Assembly (NCBI GenBank): GCA_017937705.1
Contig: JAGBDC010000029.1
Span: forward strand, 27-64,026
Reading direction: 5' to 3'
Length of the DNA stretch: 64,000 nucleotides
DNA from: Alphaproteobacteria bacterium
GTDB lineage: Bacteria; Pseudomonadota; Alphaproteobacteria; RF32; CAG-239
In this document: positions 30,687-40,061 of the stretch, piece after piece
Position numbering within the stretch: position 1 is the first letter of the stretch
Layout of the letters: each line of letters begins with the position of its first letter
Program-made: the position numbers and the translations under genes
Notes under the pieces: generated by a model
Told to the model about the DNA's origin: nothing
What the model saw: only the letters and a program-made list of their open reading frames with translations
Database searches by the model: none

Positions 30687-31949
30687 TTAGAAATTATATT
30701 GAAAACCTAATCCAAACATATTGCTATGTGCTTTATATTGAGTGTCATGGTCTTTATTTACGCTATCTCTGATATAAGATTCTTTCATGAATAAATGAGC
30801 ATATCCTAAATCGAGTTGCATATTTTTATAATGATAGCTGAGACCTACGGAAGCCCATATTCTGTCAGAATCTGGTATTCTATGAGTGCGATGTTGATTA
30901 TCCGGAGTTGGTGATTGATCCCAAGCTGTTCCCAATCGCAAAGTCCAATTATCGTTAACGTAATAGTCTGTTCCGAGAGAGATTGTCCAAGTGTCTTTCC
31001 AAGAATAATCAACGGGTTTCAATCCTAATCCTTTGGTGAAGCTTGAAGTCATATCAAATTCTTCAAATGAATCTCCCCAACGAGTGAAGCGAACAGCTCC
31101 GGTAAACGCAACCTTTTCAAACGGTTTATGATAAGCTGATAATAAAACCGTTTCCGGCAAGTCGGGAGATGCTTTTCCATCGGTATAAACACCTGCATAT
31201 TTACCTAATACCGGATGCATATTATAGGGATATGCTAACGATACGGTATGGTCGCCTTTTACTCTTTGTACTGATTTTGGTTTATAAGACAATCCGAAAC
31301 GAGTATTTTCATTATGTTCGTACATTATGCCAAAAGTTCCGGTATATGTCCAACCGTCAAGTTCAAATTTGCTACGGCCAATATTGGTATCACCGGCACC
31401 GAAAGATGCCCCATTAATATTGTTAGTCATTTTGCCGTAGATATAACGTGCTATAAAGCTGGCACCAAAAGACCATTTAGAATTTAATTTATATGCAGCT
31501 GAAACATTATAATCAATTACTTCTAAAATAGACTCTTTGGCTTTGTCGGCAATAAAACTATTTGTTTTATATTTAGTTGCTAATCCGTAAGGAGCATAAA
31601 TACCGGCACCGACAAACCACTTGTCGCTAACTTGATATTGTCCATATACGGAAGGTAGAGGTACCCCAAAATCCATTTCTGTTTTTTTGCCTTGTTTGGC
31701 GTTTTGTCCCTTCATTTCAGATGCTATCTCTGCAATGGTAAAGTTTAGTTGTGTGCCGGATTTTTTTAAGGTCATGCCGGCAGGGTTATAAGCTATTGCA
31801 GAGTAGTCATCACCAACTATACCGGCACCGGCAAAAGAACGCCCGAGATTGGTAACAGAATATTCGTTAAGTTGGTATCCTGAAGCATAAGCAGAAATAC
31901 TAAACATACAAGTTGTACATAAAGCGGTTGTCGCTAAAAATTTTTTCAT
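30687..31949 (-). CDS. fadL: FadL/OmpP1/TodX-family outer-membrane hydrophobic-compound transporter
   Basis: Signal peptide, then SGYQLNEYSVTNLGRSFAGAG and NPAGMT. C-terminal ...GFQYNF. Confidence 0.85.
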   Translation of the reverse strand: MKKFLATTALCTTCMFSISAYASGYQLNEYSVTNLGRSFAGAGIVGDDYSAIAYNPAGMTLKKSGTQLNFTIAEIASEMKGQNAKQGKKTEMDFGVPLPSVYGQYQVSDKWFVGAGIYAPYGLATKYKTNSFIADKAKESILEVIDYNVSAAYKLNSKWSFGASFIARYIYGKMTNNINGASFGAGDTNIGRSKFELDGWTYTGTFGIMYEHNENTRFGLSYKPKSVQRVKGDHTVSLAYPYNMHPVLGKYAGVYTDGKASPDLPETVLLSAYHKPFEKVAFTGAVRFTRWGDSFEEFDMTSSFTKGLGLKPVDYSWKDTWTISLGTDYYVNDNWTLRLGTAWDQSPTPDNQHRTHRIPDSDRIWASVGLSYHYKNMQLDLGYAHLFMKESYIRDSVNKDHDTQYKAHSNMFGLGFQYNF

Positions 31950-32094
31950 AATCCATGTCCTTTATTTATTGAAGTTAAGGTTGTTATGAAATAATTGGTA
32001 GTATATCTGCAACAAAATGTAAAGTAAGCACCTGAAAGTACTATAGTTTCCTTTGAGATACTATTGATTGATACAATCACTTAGAGAACATTTT

Positions 32095-32113
32095 TACACA
32101 TTATTAATGTGTA
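32095..32113. promoter_or_regulatory. Perfect 19-bp palindrome in the fadL-nhaA divergent intergenic region
   Basis: TACACATTA-T-TAATGTGTA. Candidate operator; the binding factor is unknown. Confidence 0.3.
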
Positions 32114-32348
32114 CAAGATATATATAACCGAAGTTATAATAAATATTTCGGGTGAAAGATTGAAACTTTTAATCATTATTCTGTCATCTATAAGAAAATT
32201 CGATTTTAGTTAGTTTTTTATAGAAAGACAGTTTAAATATTGAAGGGCGAGTTTTAATTAGAATATGAATAAACCAACAAAATGCTTGAACAACCTATAA
32301 GCGTGGAGTAGTTTAGGCTTTAATTTTGCCATTATCAGGGGGAGAAAT

Positions 32349-33527
32349 ATGGATATTAAACAAAAAATCAGTAATTTTTTCAGCAGTGAAGTTTCCAGCG
32401 GAATTTTAATGATTTTGTCAATGTTTGCTTCGATCTGTTTAGCAAATAGCCCGTGGCGTGAACCAATATCTCATTTTTGGGAAACGCAATTGTTTTTAGG
32501 TTTGGCAGATATAAAATTTTCCCGCTCTCTGGAGTGGTGGATTAATGATGTTTTGATGGTGTTTTTCTTTTTGCAAATTGGCTTAGAACTAAAAAGAGAA
32601 ATGAAAGAGGGATTTTTGTCAGATGCAAAACAAATCATTGTTCCGGCATTAGCGGCACTCGGAGGGATTGTGTGTCCTGCAATCATTTATGCAATTTTAA
32701 ATAATAATTCTCCTCAGTATATGAATGGCTGGGCCATTCCGACCGCAACCGATATTGCTTTTGCTGTTTGTATTTTAATGTTGGTAGGCAAAAGTGTTCC
32801 GCAGGCTGTAAAAATATTTCTGTTGGCAATTGCAATATTTGATGATTTAGGCGCTATTTTAATTATTGCCTTATTCTATAATCAAGGTGTTTCCGTTGAT
32901 TTGTTAGGCTACGCAAGTTTAACTTGTATTGCATTATATTTCTTGAATAAAATGGAAATAACGAATTTTATTCCCTATTTTATATTAGGAGTTGTTTTGT
33001 GGTATTGTTTCCTAAACGGTGGTATTCATACAACAATATCGGGTGTTGTTGTCGCTATGGCCTATCCGATGAGAGTCCATTTAAGAAAAAGTTCTCCCTT
33101 AGAAGCTTTGTCTCATAAATTAAAACCTTGGGTTGATTTTGTTATTTTACCGGTTTTTGCTTTTGCATCTGCGGGGTTATATTTAGGAGGAATAACATTA
33201 GAAACATTTACTCATACATTGACTTTAGGGATTATATTCGGTTTATTTTTTGGAAAGCAAATAGGTATATTTATGAGTACATGGATGCTTATCAAAATAG
33301 GAATTGCTTCGTTTCCCAAAGATGTTAAATTGGCGGACTTATATGGAGTTTCAGCTATTGCCGGTATAGGTTTTACAATGGCCTTGTTTGTGGGCAAATT
33401 GTCTTTGCCGGAATATATGCAAGGAGAAGTGAGATTAGGAATTTTATGTGGCTCATTACTATCGGCATTATGGGGAGCAGCCATTTTCCAATGGCAAGAA
33501 CATATCAAAAAAAGTCGTCAACAATGA
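32349..33527 (+). CDS. nhaA: Na+/H+ antiporter NhaA
   Basis: WAIPTATDIAFAV and LLAIAIFDDLGAI (the conserved Asp pair). About 12 TM helices. Confidence 0.95.
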   Translation: MDIKQKISNFFSSEVSSGILMILSMFASICLANSPWREPISHFWETQLFLGLADIKFSRSLEWWINDVLMVFFFLQIGLELKREMKEGFLSDAKQIIVPALAALGGIVCPAIIYAILNNNSPQYMNGWAIPTATDIAFAVCILMLVGKSVPQAVKIFLLAIAIFDDLGAILIIALFYNQGVSVDLLGYASLTCIALYFLNKMEITNFIPYFILGVVLWYCFLNGGIHTTISGVVVAMAYPMRVHLRKSSPLEALSHKLKPWVDFVILPVFAFASAGLYLGGITLETFTHTLTLGIIFGLFFGKQIGIFMSTWMLIKIGIASFPKDVKLADLYGVSAIAGIGFTMALFVGKLSLPEYMQGEVRLGILCGSLLSALWGAAIFQWQEHIKKSRQQ

Positions 33528-33569
33528 CGACTTTTGAACTGTGGCTGGAGATGACTTGCAATCCTCGAG
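33525..33569. repeat. att-like direct repeat 1 (distal island border): terminator arm, tRNA-Gln 3' core and a conserved tail
   Basis: TGACGACTTTTGAACTGTGGCTGG matches 42538-42561 except for one base. It is followed by AGATGACTTGCAATCCTCGAG. The hairpin at 33513-33532 doubles as the nhaA terminator. Confidence 0.8.
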
Positions 33570-33603
33570 TAATAGAAGAGACTTTTTTGTTAATTTTATT
33601 ACG

Positions 33604-34278
33604 TTAAAAATAATCAGCCTTTGTCATCGTTGGGTCTTTTTCTACTGTTTTAATGTATTGTTTCATTTCTTTAGAAATAGGAATTTTTAGATTTTTAAGC
33701 TTACGATAAAGCACAGTACCGTGCTTGCAAATATAATATGTTAATTCAATAGTATCATAGTAATAACCAACTTTCTTTACATTCATAATGGCATCAAGTA
33801 ATAATTCTTGAACAAGAGAAATCTGATTTAATGATTGTTTCCTATTAATGTCTAGAGGATTGCAAATTCGTATATTTCCTCTATTTGATTTTCTCACTCC
33901 AACATAAATTGAATCTTCTTTTTTTGTATTATATTCTTTATCTAAAATATGCTTATATCTTAATTCTGTTTCTTTTGAACCACAATAAACAAAGTCATCA
34001 ATCGCATTTTGTTGCTTAAATATATGTGAATTAATATTATTAAGTTTACTTTCAAATTCATAATTACATGTATTAGTATTATTAATTATTTCTCCATAAA
34101 AGGCGTGCTCATTTAATAGCTGCATTTTGCCAAATTCTTCTAATGCAACAACAGAAATATAATAAGCTGTTGAATACGATTTGTTTCTATATAATATCCA
34201 AGAATCATTGTGTAGTTTTATAGCATTTTGGAACGAGAGAATAGCCATCTCTGCTTTTGTTTTATAAGATAATTGCAT
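33604..34278 (-). CDS. AbiV-like abortive-infection protein (tentative)
   Basis: The N-terminal helix pair AILSFQNAIKLHNDSWILYRNKSYSTAYYISVVALEEFGKMQLL matches my recollection of the AbiV family pattern. 224 aa. Confidence 0.55.
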   Translation of the reverse strand: MQLSYKTKAEMAILSFQNAIKLHNDSWILYRNKSYSTAYYISVVALEEFGKMQLLNEHAFYGEIINNTNTCNYEFESKLNNINSHIFKQQNAIDDFVYCGSKETELRYKHILDKEYNTKKEDSIYVGVRKSNRGNIRICNPLDINRKQSLNQISLVQELLLDAIMNVKKVGYYYDTIELTYYICKHGTVLYRKLKNLKIPISKEMKQYIKTVEKDPTMTKADYF

Positions 34279-34287
34279 TAGACACCT

Positions 34288-34461
34288 TTAATTTATGAGA
34301 GAGACGTCAATCAAATGTAAATAACATATATTATAATCATTAGTGTTTAAGGAATACCTAATATTCTCTTTTTTAAAAAACTGTCTCACCCATGAGGGTA
34401 TTCTGTACCTAAAATAATAGGTATGATTTCTGCGTTTTAAATGGTTATATTTTAATGTCAT
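34288..34461 (-). pseudogene. Truncated tyrosine-integrase N-terminus (arm-binding/DUF6538-like segment only)
   Basis: MTLKYNHLKRRNHTYYFRYRIPSWVRQFFKKENIRYSLNTND fits the integrase N-terminal pattern (RR..YYFR.R.P......I..SL.T.D). It then stops after ~57 codons, with no catalytic domain. Lies just inside att-like repeat 2. Confidence 0.55.
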
Positions 34462-34569
34462 TGTGTCACACCTTTGTGTCTCACTTGTGTAACATACCAA
34501 AAAAGTGCTATTTTGAGGTGGTAAAAATAAAAAAAAGTCGTTGAGAAATCAATGACTTATTCAATTTCT

Positions 34570-34597
34570 TGGCTGGAGACGACTTGCAATCCTCGAG
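34570..34597. repeat. att-like direct repeat 2 (pseudo tRNA 3' core plus conserved tail)
   Basis: TGGCTGGAGACGACTTGCAATCCTCGAG, preceded by its own hairpin and T-run (34535-34558). Confidence 0.7.
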
Positions 34598-34614
34598 ATG
34601 AACTCTTGGTGATT

Positions 34615-35070
34615 TTATGATTTCATTATTTCATCCCAAGTATAGGTATTTACTTTCTGTTTTTTAACTTTATGCAACTTTCGAATACCGTAATTTGCAT
34701 TGAGAAGGGCAACATCTAAAGCTACAAGACATTTACGATACATAGGTATAGCACTATCAAAAGAGGGATTATTTTTATATAATTGTTCTAAAAGTGCTTC
34801 AAAAATATCAAGATGGTGTAAGTCTTTTTCATTTAACAAATACATAAATTGAGATTTGTTTTTATTAAACCAATCAACAATTTTTCTAACGCTTTCTTTG
34901 TCAAATTTATAAATAATACAAGCTTCATCCATCTGATGAGCAAGGTCAAATCTTCTAAAACGTAATTCTTGTTTGAATTGAGAATGACTGATTAAGCACT
35001 GTGCGGCAGTAAATATAACGATTGCAATGGCACATATCCATTCAGCATTTTGTTGTAAAAATTGTAACAT
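34615..35070 (-). CDS. Hypothetical single-pass membrane protein
   Basis: 151 aa. TM helix WICAIAIVIFTAAQCLI, then a helical soluble part. 23 nt downstream of the lipoprotein gene on the same strand. Confidence 0.55.
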   Translation of the reverse strand: MLQFLQQNAEWICAIAIVIFTAAQCLISHSQFKQELRFRRFDLAHQMDEACIIYKFDKESVRKIVDWFNKNKSQFMYLLNEKDLHHLDIFEALLEQLYKNNPSFDSAIPMYRKCLVALDVALLNANYGIRKLHKVKKQKVNTYTWDEIMKS

Positions 35071-35093
35071 ATTATTTTCTCTACAGTATGGTT

Positions 35094-35678
35094 TTAAGAT
35101 TCCATAAATTTAGGTAATTTACCGCAATTCTTCTTCAAATTTTTATTGAAATTATCTTCATCATAGACATCTTCACCTTTATGAGCTTTTATTAAAGCTG
35201 TTTTAGCTTCTTGAGCATAGCATTTACAGAATTTTTTATCTTCTTTTACATTAGATGCACGATAATCACTTAAACAGGTATCATATATAACATCTTCAAA
35301 TTCAATTGCTCTTTCATAAAACTCTTCTTCTGTTTTGGGTGAATTTTTATATTCAAAACGTATTACAGGAACAGTTTTTCTAATATCTTCTCTCGTTGTA
35401 TATGTATAAACACCATCAATAACAGCACATTTTTTATTTGGTGATTTAACAATCATGCCATCATAATAGTCAATATTAAGTTGTTTTTCTAGAAAAACAA
35501 TTTGATTCCATACAGAGCACCCTTCACTAAAAGTACATTCATAAGCCAATGCACCTCTATCTAATGCTTGTAAAATTTTAAATTCATTTGTTGATATACA
35601 ATTTTCATTATCACTGAATAAAGTGATGCTAGCACACCCTGATAGAATAAAAGATAAACAGATGATAAATTTTTTCAT
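35094..35678 (-). CDS. Hypothetical Cys-rich lipoprotein
   Basis: Lipobox FILSGC. 194 aa with many Cys residues. RBS AGGAG upstream. Confidence 0.65.
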   Translation of the reverse strand: MKKFIICLSFILSGCASITLFSDNENCISTNEFKILQALDRGALAYECTFSEGCSVWNQIVFLEKQLNIDYYDGMIVKSPNKKCAVIDGVYTYTTREDIRKTVPVIRFEYKNSPKTEEEFYERAIEFEDVIYDTCLSDYRASNVKEDKKFCKCYAQEAKTALIKAHKGEDVYDEDNFNKNLKKNCGKLPKFMES

Positions 35679-35919
35679 TTCAAAACTCCTTTAAATTACT
35701 AATAGTTTATGATGTTAAATTTTTTATTTCAACATAAATTTTTATTCATCTACCAACCTTTCACATAGCTATGTTACAAGTCCAACCACTGCAAATTTTT
35801 ACATAGGTTCATTTTTATGCTCAAAAAGGCTAAAATTTGATAAGTTATTGAAAAATATAGAAGTGAGTTCAAAGATACTGCAAAACTAGCCTTCAAAATA
35901 TATTCATCTTCGAACTAGC

Positions 35920-36001
35920 TTAAGTGCTTGAAAATAAAAGAAAAAGTCGCCATTTCTGACGACTTTTGAACTCTGGCTGGAGTGAGCTTGCGGTTTTCGA
36001 G
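35920..36001. repeat. att-like direct repeat 3 (tRNA-proximal flank, terminator, pseudo 3' core and tail)
   Basis: 35920-35983 aligns with 42501-42564 at 57 of 64 positions by manual alignment. The tail is GAGTGAGCTTGCGGTTTTCGAG. Confidence 0.8.
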
Positions 36002-36022
36002 ATAAAATTTTGGATTTTTATA

Positions 36023-36595
36023 TTAAATTTGATTCTGTTCTATTTTTTGATTTTGTTCCGTAAAATTTATTATTTGTTTTATTATTTTGGCATTGTGTAT
36101 GTTATCCATAACATAAGGAATTTGTACTAATCCACCAATAGCGTAGAAATTTAGCGTGCAATACCCGCATAGTTTTCCTCCTAAAGACCTATATAGTTCG
36201 ATGTTATTAATATCCTTTATATATAATTTATCATAGCTACGATAAAAAAGGCCTTTTTTAACAGTTATATATTCTTCGCAATAAATAGCTTCAGCAAAAC
36301 AAGCATCGAATATATTATTGAAATCTTTAATATATAGAAATAATGGTATTAAAAATATGCTATACATATATTGTTTATCAAATATGCTATCTGTAAGTTT
36401 TTCTCCAAGCCAATTACAACAGTAATAGCAAATCACTAATATAAATAAAAATAATAAAAAATGAGCAATTCTTTCAATACATTGAAGTTTATTTAATTGT
36501 ATGGTCTGTCCCTTGTTTGTTTCAAAAAAGCAATCAAGTTTTTTAGGTTTGTTCAAATTTTTTATTTTAGATACATATTCAGAAATCATAGACAT
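36023..36595 (-). CDS. Membrane protein with bacterial PH (bPH_2/YdbS-like) domain
   Basis: Two TM helices, then ITVKKGLFYRSYDKLYIKDINNIELYRSLGGKLCGYCTLNFYAIGG, typical of membrane-flanked PH domains. Confidence 0.65.
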   Translation of the reverse strand: MSMISEYVSKIKNLNKPKKLDCFFETNKGQTIQLNKLQCIERIAHFLLFLFILVICYYCCNWLGEKLTDSIFDKQYMYSIFLIPLFLYIKDFNNIFDACFAEAIYCEEYITVKKGLFYRSYDKLYIKDINNIELYRSLGGKLCGYCTLNFYAIGGLVQIPYVMDNIHNAKIIKQIINFTEQNQKIEQNQI

Positions 36596-36681
36596 TTTCT
36601 TACCTTTATTGTTAACTACACTGATTATTTAGGTAAAAAACTTATAAAGCGCAAGAGATTTGTATAAAAATAAATTTTAAC

Positions 36682-36708
36682 TTTTGGGTGTTAGGAATCC
36701 GAGGTTAA
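36682..36708. repeat. Conserved intergenic box 1, copy A
   Basis: TTTTGGGTGTTAGGAATCCGAGGTTAA. Near-identical to 40118-40145. Confidence 0.7.
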
Positions 36709-36742
36709 AGTAACTTTTATTTTTAAATAACAAAAGTTTTTC

Positions 36743-36790
36743 TGCTCTATATGAGCAATTTTGGTTTTGATATATGTTTGATTATAAAAA
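36743..36790. repeat. Conserved intergenic box 2, copy A
   Basis: TGCTCTATATGAGCAATTTTGGTTTTGATATATGTTTGATTATAAAAA. About 80% identical to 41277-41325 by eye. Confidence 0.65.
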
Positions 36791-36929
36791 TTAAAATCCA
36801 ACATTATGGGTGTTTTATAATTAATTAAAAAAATATAAATTGTGTATAATTAAAAATTTTTTATTAACTTTACACATCTGTGTAATATTATCTTCTCAAA
36901 AGTGTAAAATATTTGAAGGAAAGATTAAT

Positions 36930-38747
36930 ATGGATAACATAGATAAAAAAATATTAAAGATTCATAATTATATATACGCCAATGATGGACTAAGTAATGC
37001 AGAAACGCTAACCGAATTTCTAAAAATATTTTATTGTAAGATATTAGATGAAAATGATGGTAATATGTTTTTATTACTAACAAATGAAGCTGATATTCTA
37101 AGACGAGTTAACAATTTATATAAATCTTTCCAAACTAAGCTAAATAATGTTGTGAAAACGAGTGAAAAAATAAATTTAAAAGATAGAACAATAATCTTTA
37201 TAATATCTGAACTGAGAGATATAAATATAAAAAACATATCCTCAGATATAAAAGGACATATAATGCAAAAGATTATTGATCGTTCTTATAGAGAAAGTAG
37301 AGGACAATTTTTCACACCAGCACCAGTGGTTGATTTTATAGTTAAAATGATCGCCCCTAAAAAGAATGAACTTGGCTCAGATCCTGCTTCTGGAACAGGT
37401 GGATTTTTATTTGCTGCTTTGGATTATATATCAAATACGAAGAAAATAACGATTGAAGATATAAAAAACATGTATTTTTCTGATATTAGTAAAAATTTGA
37501 TACAATTAATCCTTATGAGAATGATGTTTGAATACTCTATTGATGATTTCAACTATTATACTGAAGATAGTATAGCTAAAGACGTAACACCTAAATATGA
37601 TTTTGTAATCACAAATCCTCCTTTTGGCACACAAGGAAAAGTTGATGATCCTAAAATACTAAGTAAATATGATCTTTCATATGATGGAAAAAAATACTTA
37701 TCATCTCAAGTACCTGATATTTTATTTGTTGAACAAATCATTAAAAGCTTGAAATATGGTGGACGAGCAGCTGTTGTATTACCTGATGGAGATTTTGAAA
37801 ATCCATCCTTACAGTATTTTAGAGAATTTCTTGTTAATAATGTAAAAATAGATGCTATTGTGTCGCTACCGGATGGAACATTTATTCCATATGGTACAGG
37901 TGTAAAATCTAGCATAATATTTTTCACAAAGCAAAATAGTACTTATTTGAACAAAATAAAAAATGAAAATTATTCAATTTTTTATGCACGTATACATAAA
38001 TTAGGTTATACCTTTTCCAAACACTCTAAAAGTGTATATACCAAAGAAGGAGCGATAGATGAAGATTATTCTCAGGTTTTAGATGCTTATAAAAAAGGTA
38101 ATTATAATGAGAATAGTTATCTTGTTTCTATAAATGAAATTGAAAGAAATAATTATATATTAGCAGAACATTTTTATTCCCCTGTTTATAGTCAATTAAT
38201 TAATTCTATTAAACAAAATAAATATGCCATGTTAAAAGATTTAGTATCTTTCCGCAACTCAAAGGAAAAAATTAATATTGACGAAAAGTATACATACATA
38301 GAGATAGGAGATGTTAGCCCATATATTAATGAAATCACAAATAGTACTAGCTTATTAGGGGATGAATTACCTAGCAGAGCGAGTTATATCGTGCACACAG
38401 GAGATGTTATTGTGGCCGTAGCAGGAAATGCTATAGGTACAGAAAAACATGCTAAAGCAATTGTATCAGATAAGTATGATGGGTGTATATGTACTAATGG
38501 ATTTATAGTATTGTCGCCTATTAAAGTTTCAGCATATTTTATATTATCTTTTCTTAATAGTGAGTATTTTCTGAAACAAGTCTTGAAATACAAATACGGT
38601 ACAGCAATCCCTTGTATATCAAAAGAAGATTTAGGCAATGTTGTTGTTCCAATACCTGATGATGAAAAAATGAGAGAAATAGAAAATAGAATAAAGAGAG
38701 CTTATAATCTTAGAAAAGAGGCTAATGAACTCTTATATGCAGTTTAG
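36930..38747 (+). CDS. N6-adenine DNA methyltransferase fused to an HsdS-like target-recognition domain
   Basis: Motif I DPASGTGGFL and motif IV NPPFG. The C-terminal ~200 aa resemble one type I S-subunit TRD (LKDLVSFRNSKEKIN...YIEIGDV...). ATG at 36930 with GAAGGA upstream. Confidence 0.85.
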   Translation: MDNIDKKILKIHNYIYANDGLSNAETLTEFLKIFYCKILDENDGNMFLLLTNEADILRRVNNLYKSFQTKLNNVVKTSEKINLKDRTIIFIISELRDINIKNISSDIKGHIMQKIIDRSYRESRGQFFTPAPVVDFIVKMIAPKKNELGSDPASGTGGFLFAALDYISNTKKITIEDIKNMYFSDISKNLIQLILMRMMFEYSIDDFNYYTEDSIAKDVTPKYDFVITNPPFGTQGKVDDPKILSKYDLSYDGKKYLSSQVPDILFVEQIIKSLKYGGRAAVVLPDGDFENPSLQYFREFLVNNVKIDAIVSLPDGTFIPYGTGVKSSIIFFTKQNSTYLNKIKNENYSIFYARIHKLGYTFSKHSKSVYTKEGAIDEDYSQVLDAYKKGNYNENSYLVSINEIERNNYILAEHFYSPVYSQLINSIKQNKYAMLKDLVSFRNSKEKINIDEKYTYIEIGDVSPYINEITNSTSLLGDELPSRASYIVHTGDVIVAVAGNAIGTEKHAKAIVSDKYDGCICTNGFIVLSPIKVSAYFILSFLNSEYFLKQVLKYKYGTAIPCISKEDLGNVVVPIPDDEKMREIENRIKRAYNLRKEANELLYAV

Positions 38748-39718
38748 CCTTCTCTATAATCAATTTGACTTTCATCATATTCTACAGTTTTAGGATGAGT
38801 TTCTTCTATACACTCATTTAGATCAAGATACCATGGATGTCTTATAGATAAATTATCTTTTATTCCTGGAATTATAATATCAATAGTGTAATTCTGATAT
38901 AAATGATTAGGTGAAGTTGGGGAATGAGAGATTATATCAGGATTGACAAAGACAAATAAATGTTCTCCTAGTCTTTGGTACAAATCAACAGCTAGAATAG
39001 AAAAATCAGAGGATATGGGAGCAGCTTGTTTAATACCAGTGGCGGTATCAGTACGATTACTTGGTTTATGTGTTTGTAATATTTTATATAATCCCGTTCC
39101 ATTTCTAAAAGCGGTTTCTGTTAGTAGATTTTCGTCACAGTTATATACAAATTTTTTGAGTTCACTTACTGAATGAAAAAATGGCGACAAATCAACATAA
39201 TCAGGACCAGGAAAATCTGTGTTCCAATTAAAGTCAGGAAAAGTTTTCTGAGGATTATTCTTTTCCCATTTAGCTTTTGCTGTTAAGTATGTAGATTTAC
39301 CCTTATTATATATCTTTTGTTTATCAATATCGATGAATTTCTTTAGAGTATTGAAGGCTTGATCTTTAGATAGTTTTTTAAGGTGTGTATCTTCTGTTTT
39401 AGCTCCTCTGAATTCAGAATTAGTTTTTAACCCTTTGCACTCTACAACCCAATAAGTTGTATCTCCTTTTTTGTTTATTAGAAAATCGCCTTTATACCCT
39501 ATTTTCTTCTCGTCAAATCCACCAGCTGGTTTTTCCTTTATTCGCATTACCTCATAGCCTTTTTGTGTTAAATATTTGACTAATAATAATTCAGAAATTG
39601 CTCCATGAATGTACCCTAAAGCACTGGGGCTCATTTTTAGAGCATTAAAAAACATTTTTTCATCAACAGCAAAGTGTTTTTTCAACCACAAAGATAAATT
39701 TTCATTCCCGTTTTGCAT
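38744..39718 (-). CDS. Putative PD-(D/E)xK restriction endonuclease partner of the methyltransferase
   Basis: GYKGDFLINKKGDTTYWVVECKGLK gives a D...E-x-K motif. Convergent with the MTase, with stop codons overlapping by 4 nt. Start chosen at MQNGNE, preceded by AAGGAGA. Confidence 0.6.
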   Translation of the reverse strand: MQNGNENLSLWLKKHFAVDEKMFFNALKMSPSALGYIHGAISELLLVKYLTQKGYEVMRIKEKPAGGFDEKKIGYKGDFLINKKGDTTYWVVECKGLKTNSEFRGAKTEDTHLKKLSKDQAFNTLKKFIDIDKQKIYNKGKSTYLTAKAKWEKNNPQKTFPDFNWNTDFPGPDYVDLSPFFHSVSELKKFVYNCDENLLTETAFRNGTGLYKILQTHKPSNRTDTATGIKQAAPISSDFSILAVDLYQRLGEHLFVFVNPDIISHSPTSPNHLYQNYTIDIIIPGIKDNLSIRHPWYLDLNECIEETHPKTVEYDESQIDYREG

Positions 39719-39952
39719 GCTATTCTCCTTAAACGTCATTTTAAATACAGAGATAAGTAGAGTAAGAAGTTTTTTCATGAAAGAAAAATCCTTTTGTTAC
39801 AAAATCTTCATTATGATATAATAATGTATTTAATAAATCGTAAAATGACTCTTCAATATCTAAACTTCAAAAAATCTCTCCTCTCTTCAATAGCATAAAA
39901 AACAGGATCAAACTTCTTAACTCATTGATTGTGTTAGATTCTTGATAAAATA

Positions 39953-40003
39953 AGTTCGAAGATTGTCCCGTTTTATGCTTTTTTCATATCAAACATTCGA
40001 ACT
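39953..40003. repeat. Copy of the tRNA-proximal flank (GTTCGAA...TTCGAAC inverted-repeat segment)
   Basis: AGTTCGAAGATTGTCCCGT...AACATTCGAAC aligns with 42447-42496 at roughly three-quarters identity by eye. Confidence 0.6.
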
Positions 40004-40061
40004 CGCCGAAAGCCTTGGAAACAAAAGAAAAAAGCCACCTCAAAAGGTGGCTTATCTGCTC

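Noticed and set aside
36840-36929. The upstream TTG start for the methyltransferase, and similar extended starts for 39719-39778, 44814-44930, 45218-45286, 50347-50397 and 52516-52578.
   Set aside because: The extensions are AT-rich, hydrophobic-nonsense or overlap neighbours. Internal ATGs with Shine-Dalgarno-like sequences and conserved N-termini fit better.
38744-38747. The overlapping convergent stop codons of the MTase and nuclease genes, as a possible sequencing or annotation error.
   Set aside because: Both reading frames are long, motif-bearing and end cleanly (TAG and TAA). I accepted the overlap as real and discuss it under module C.
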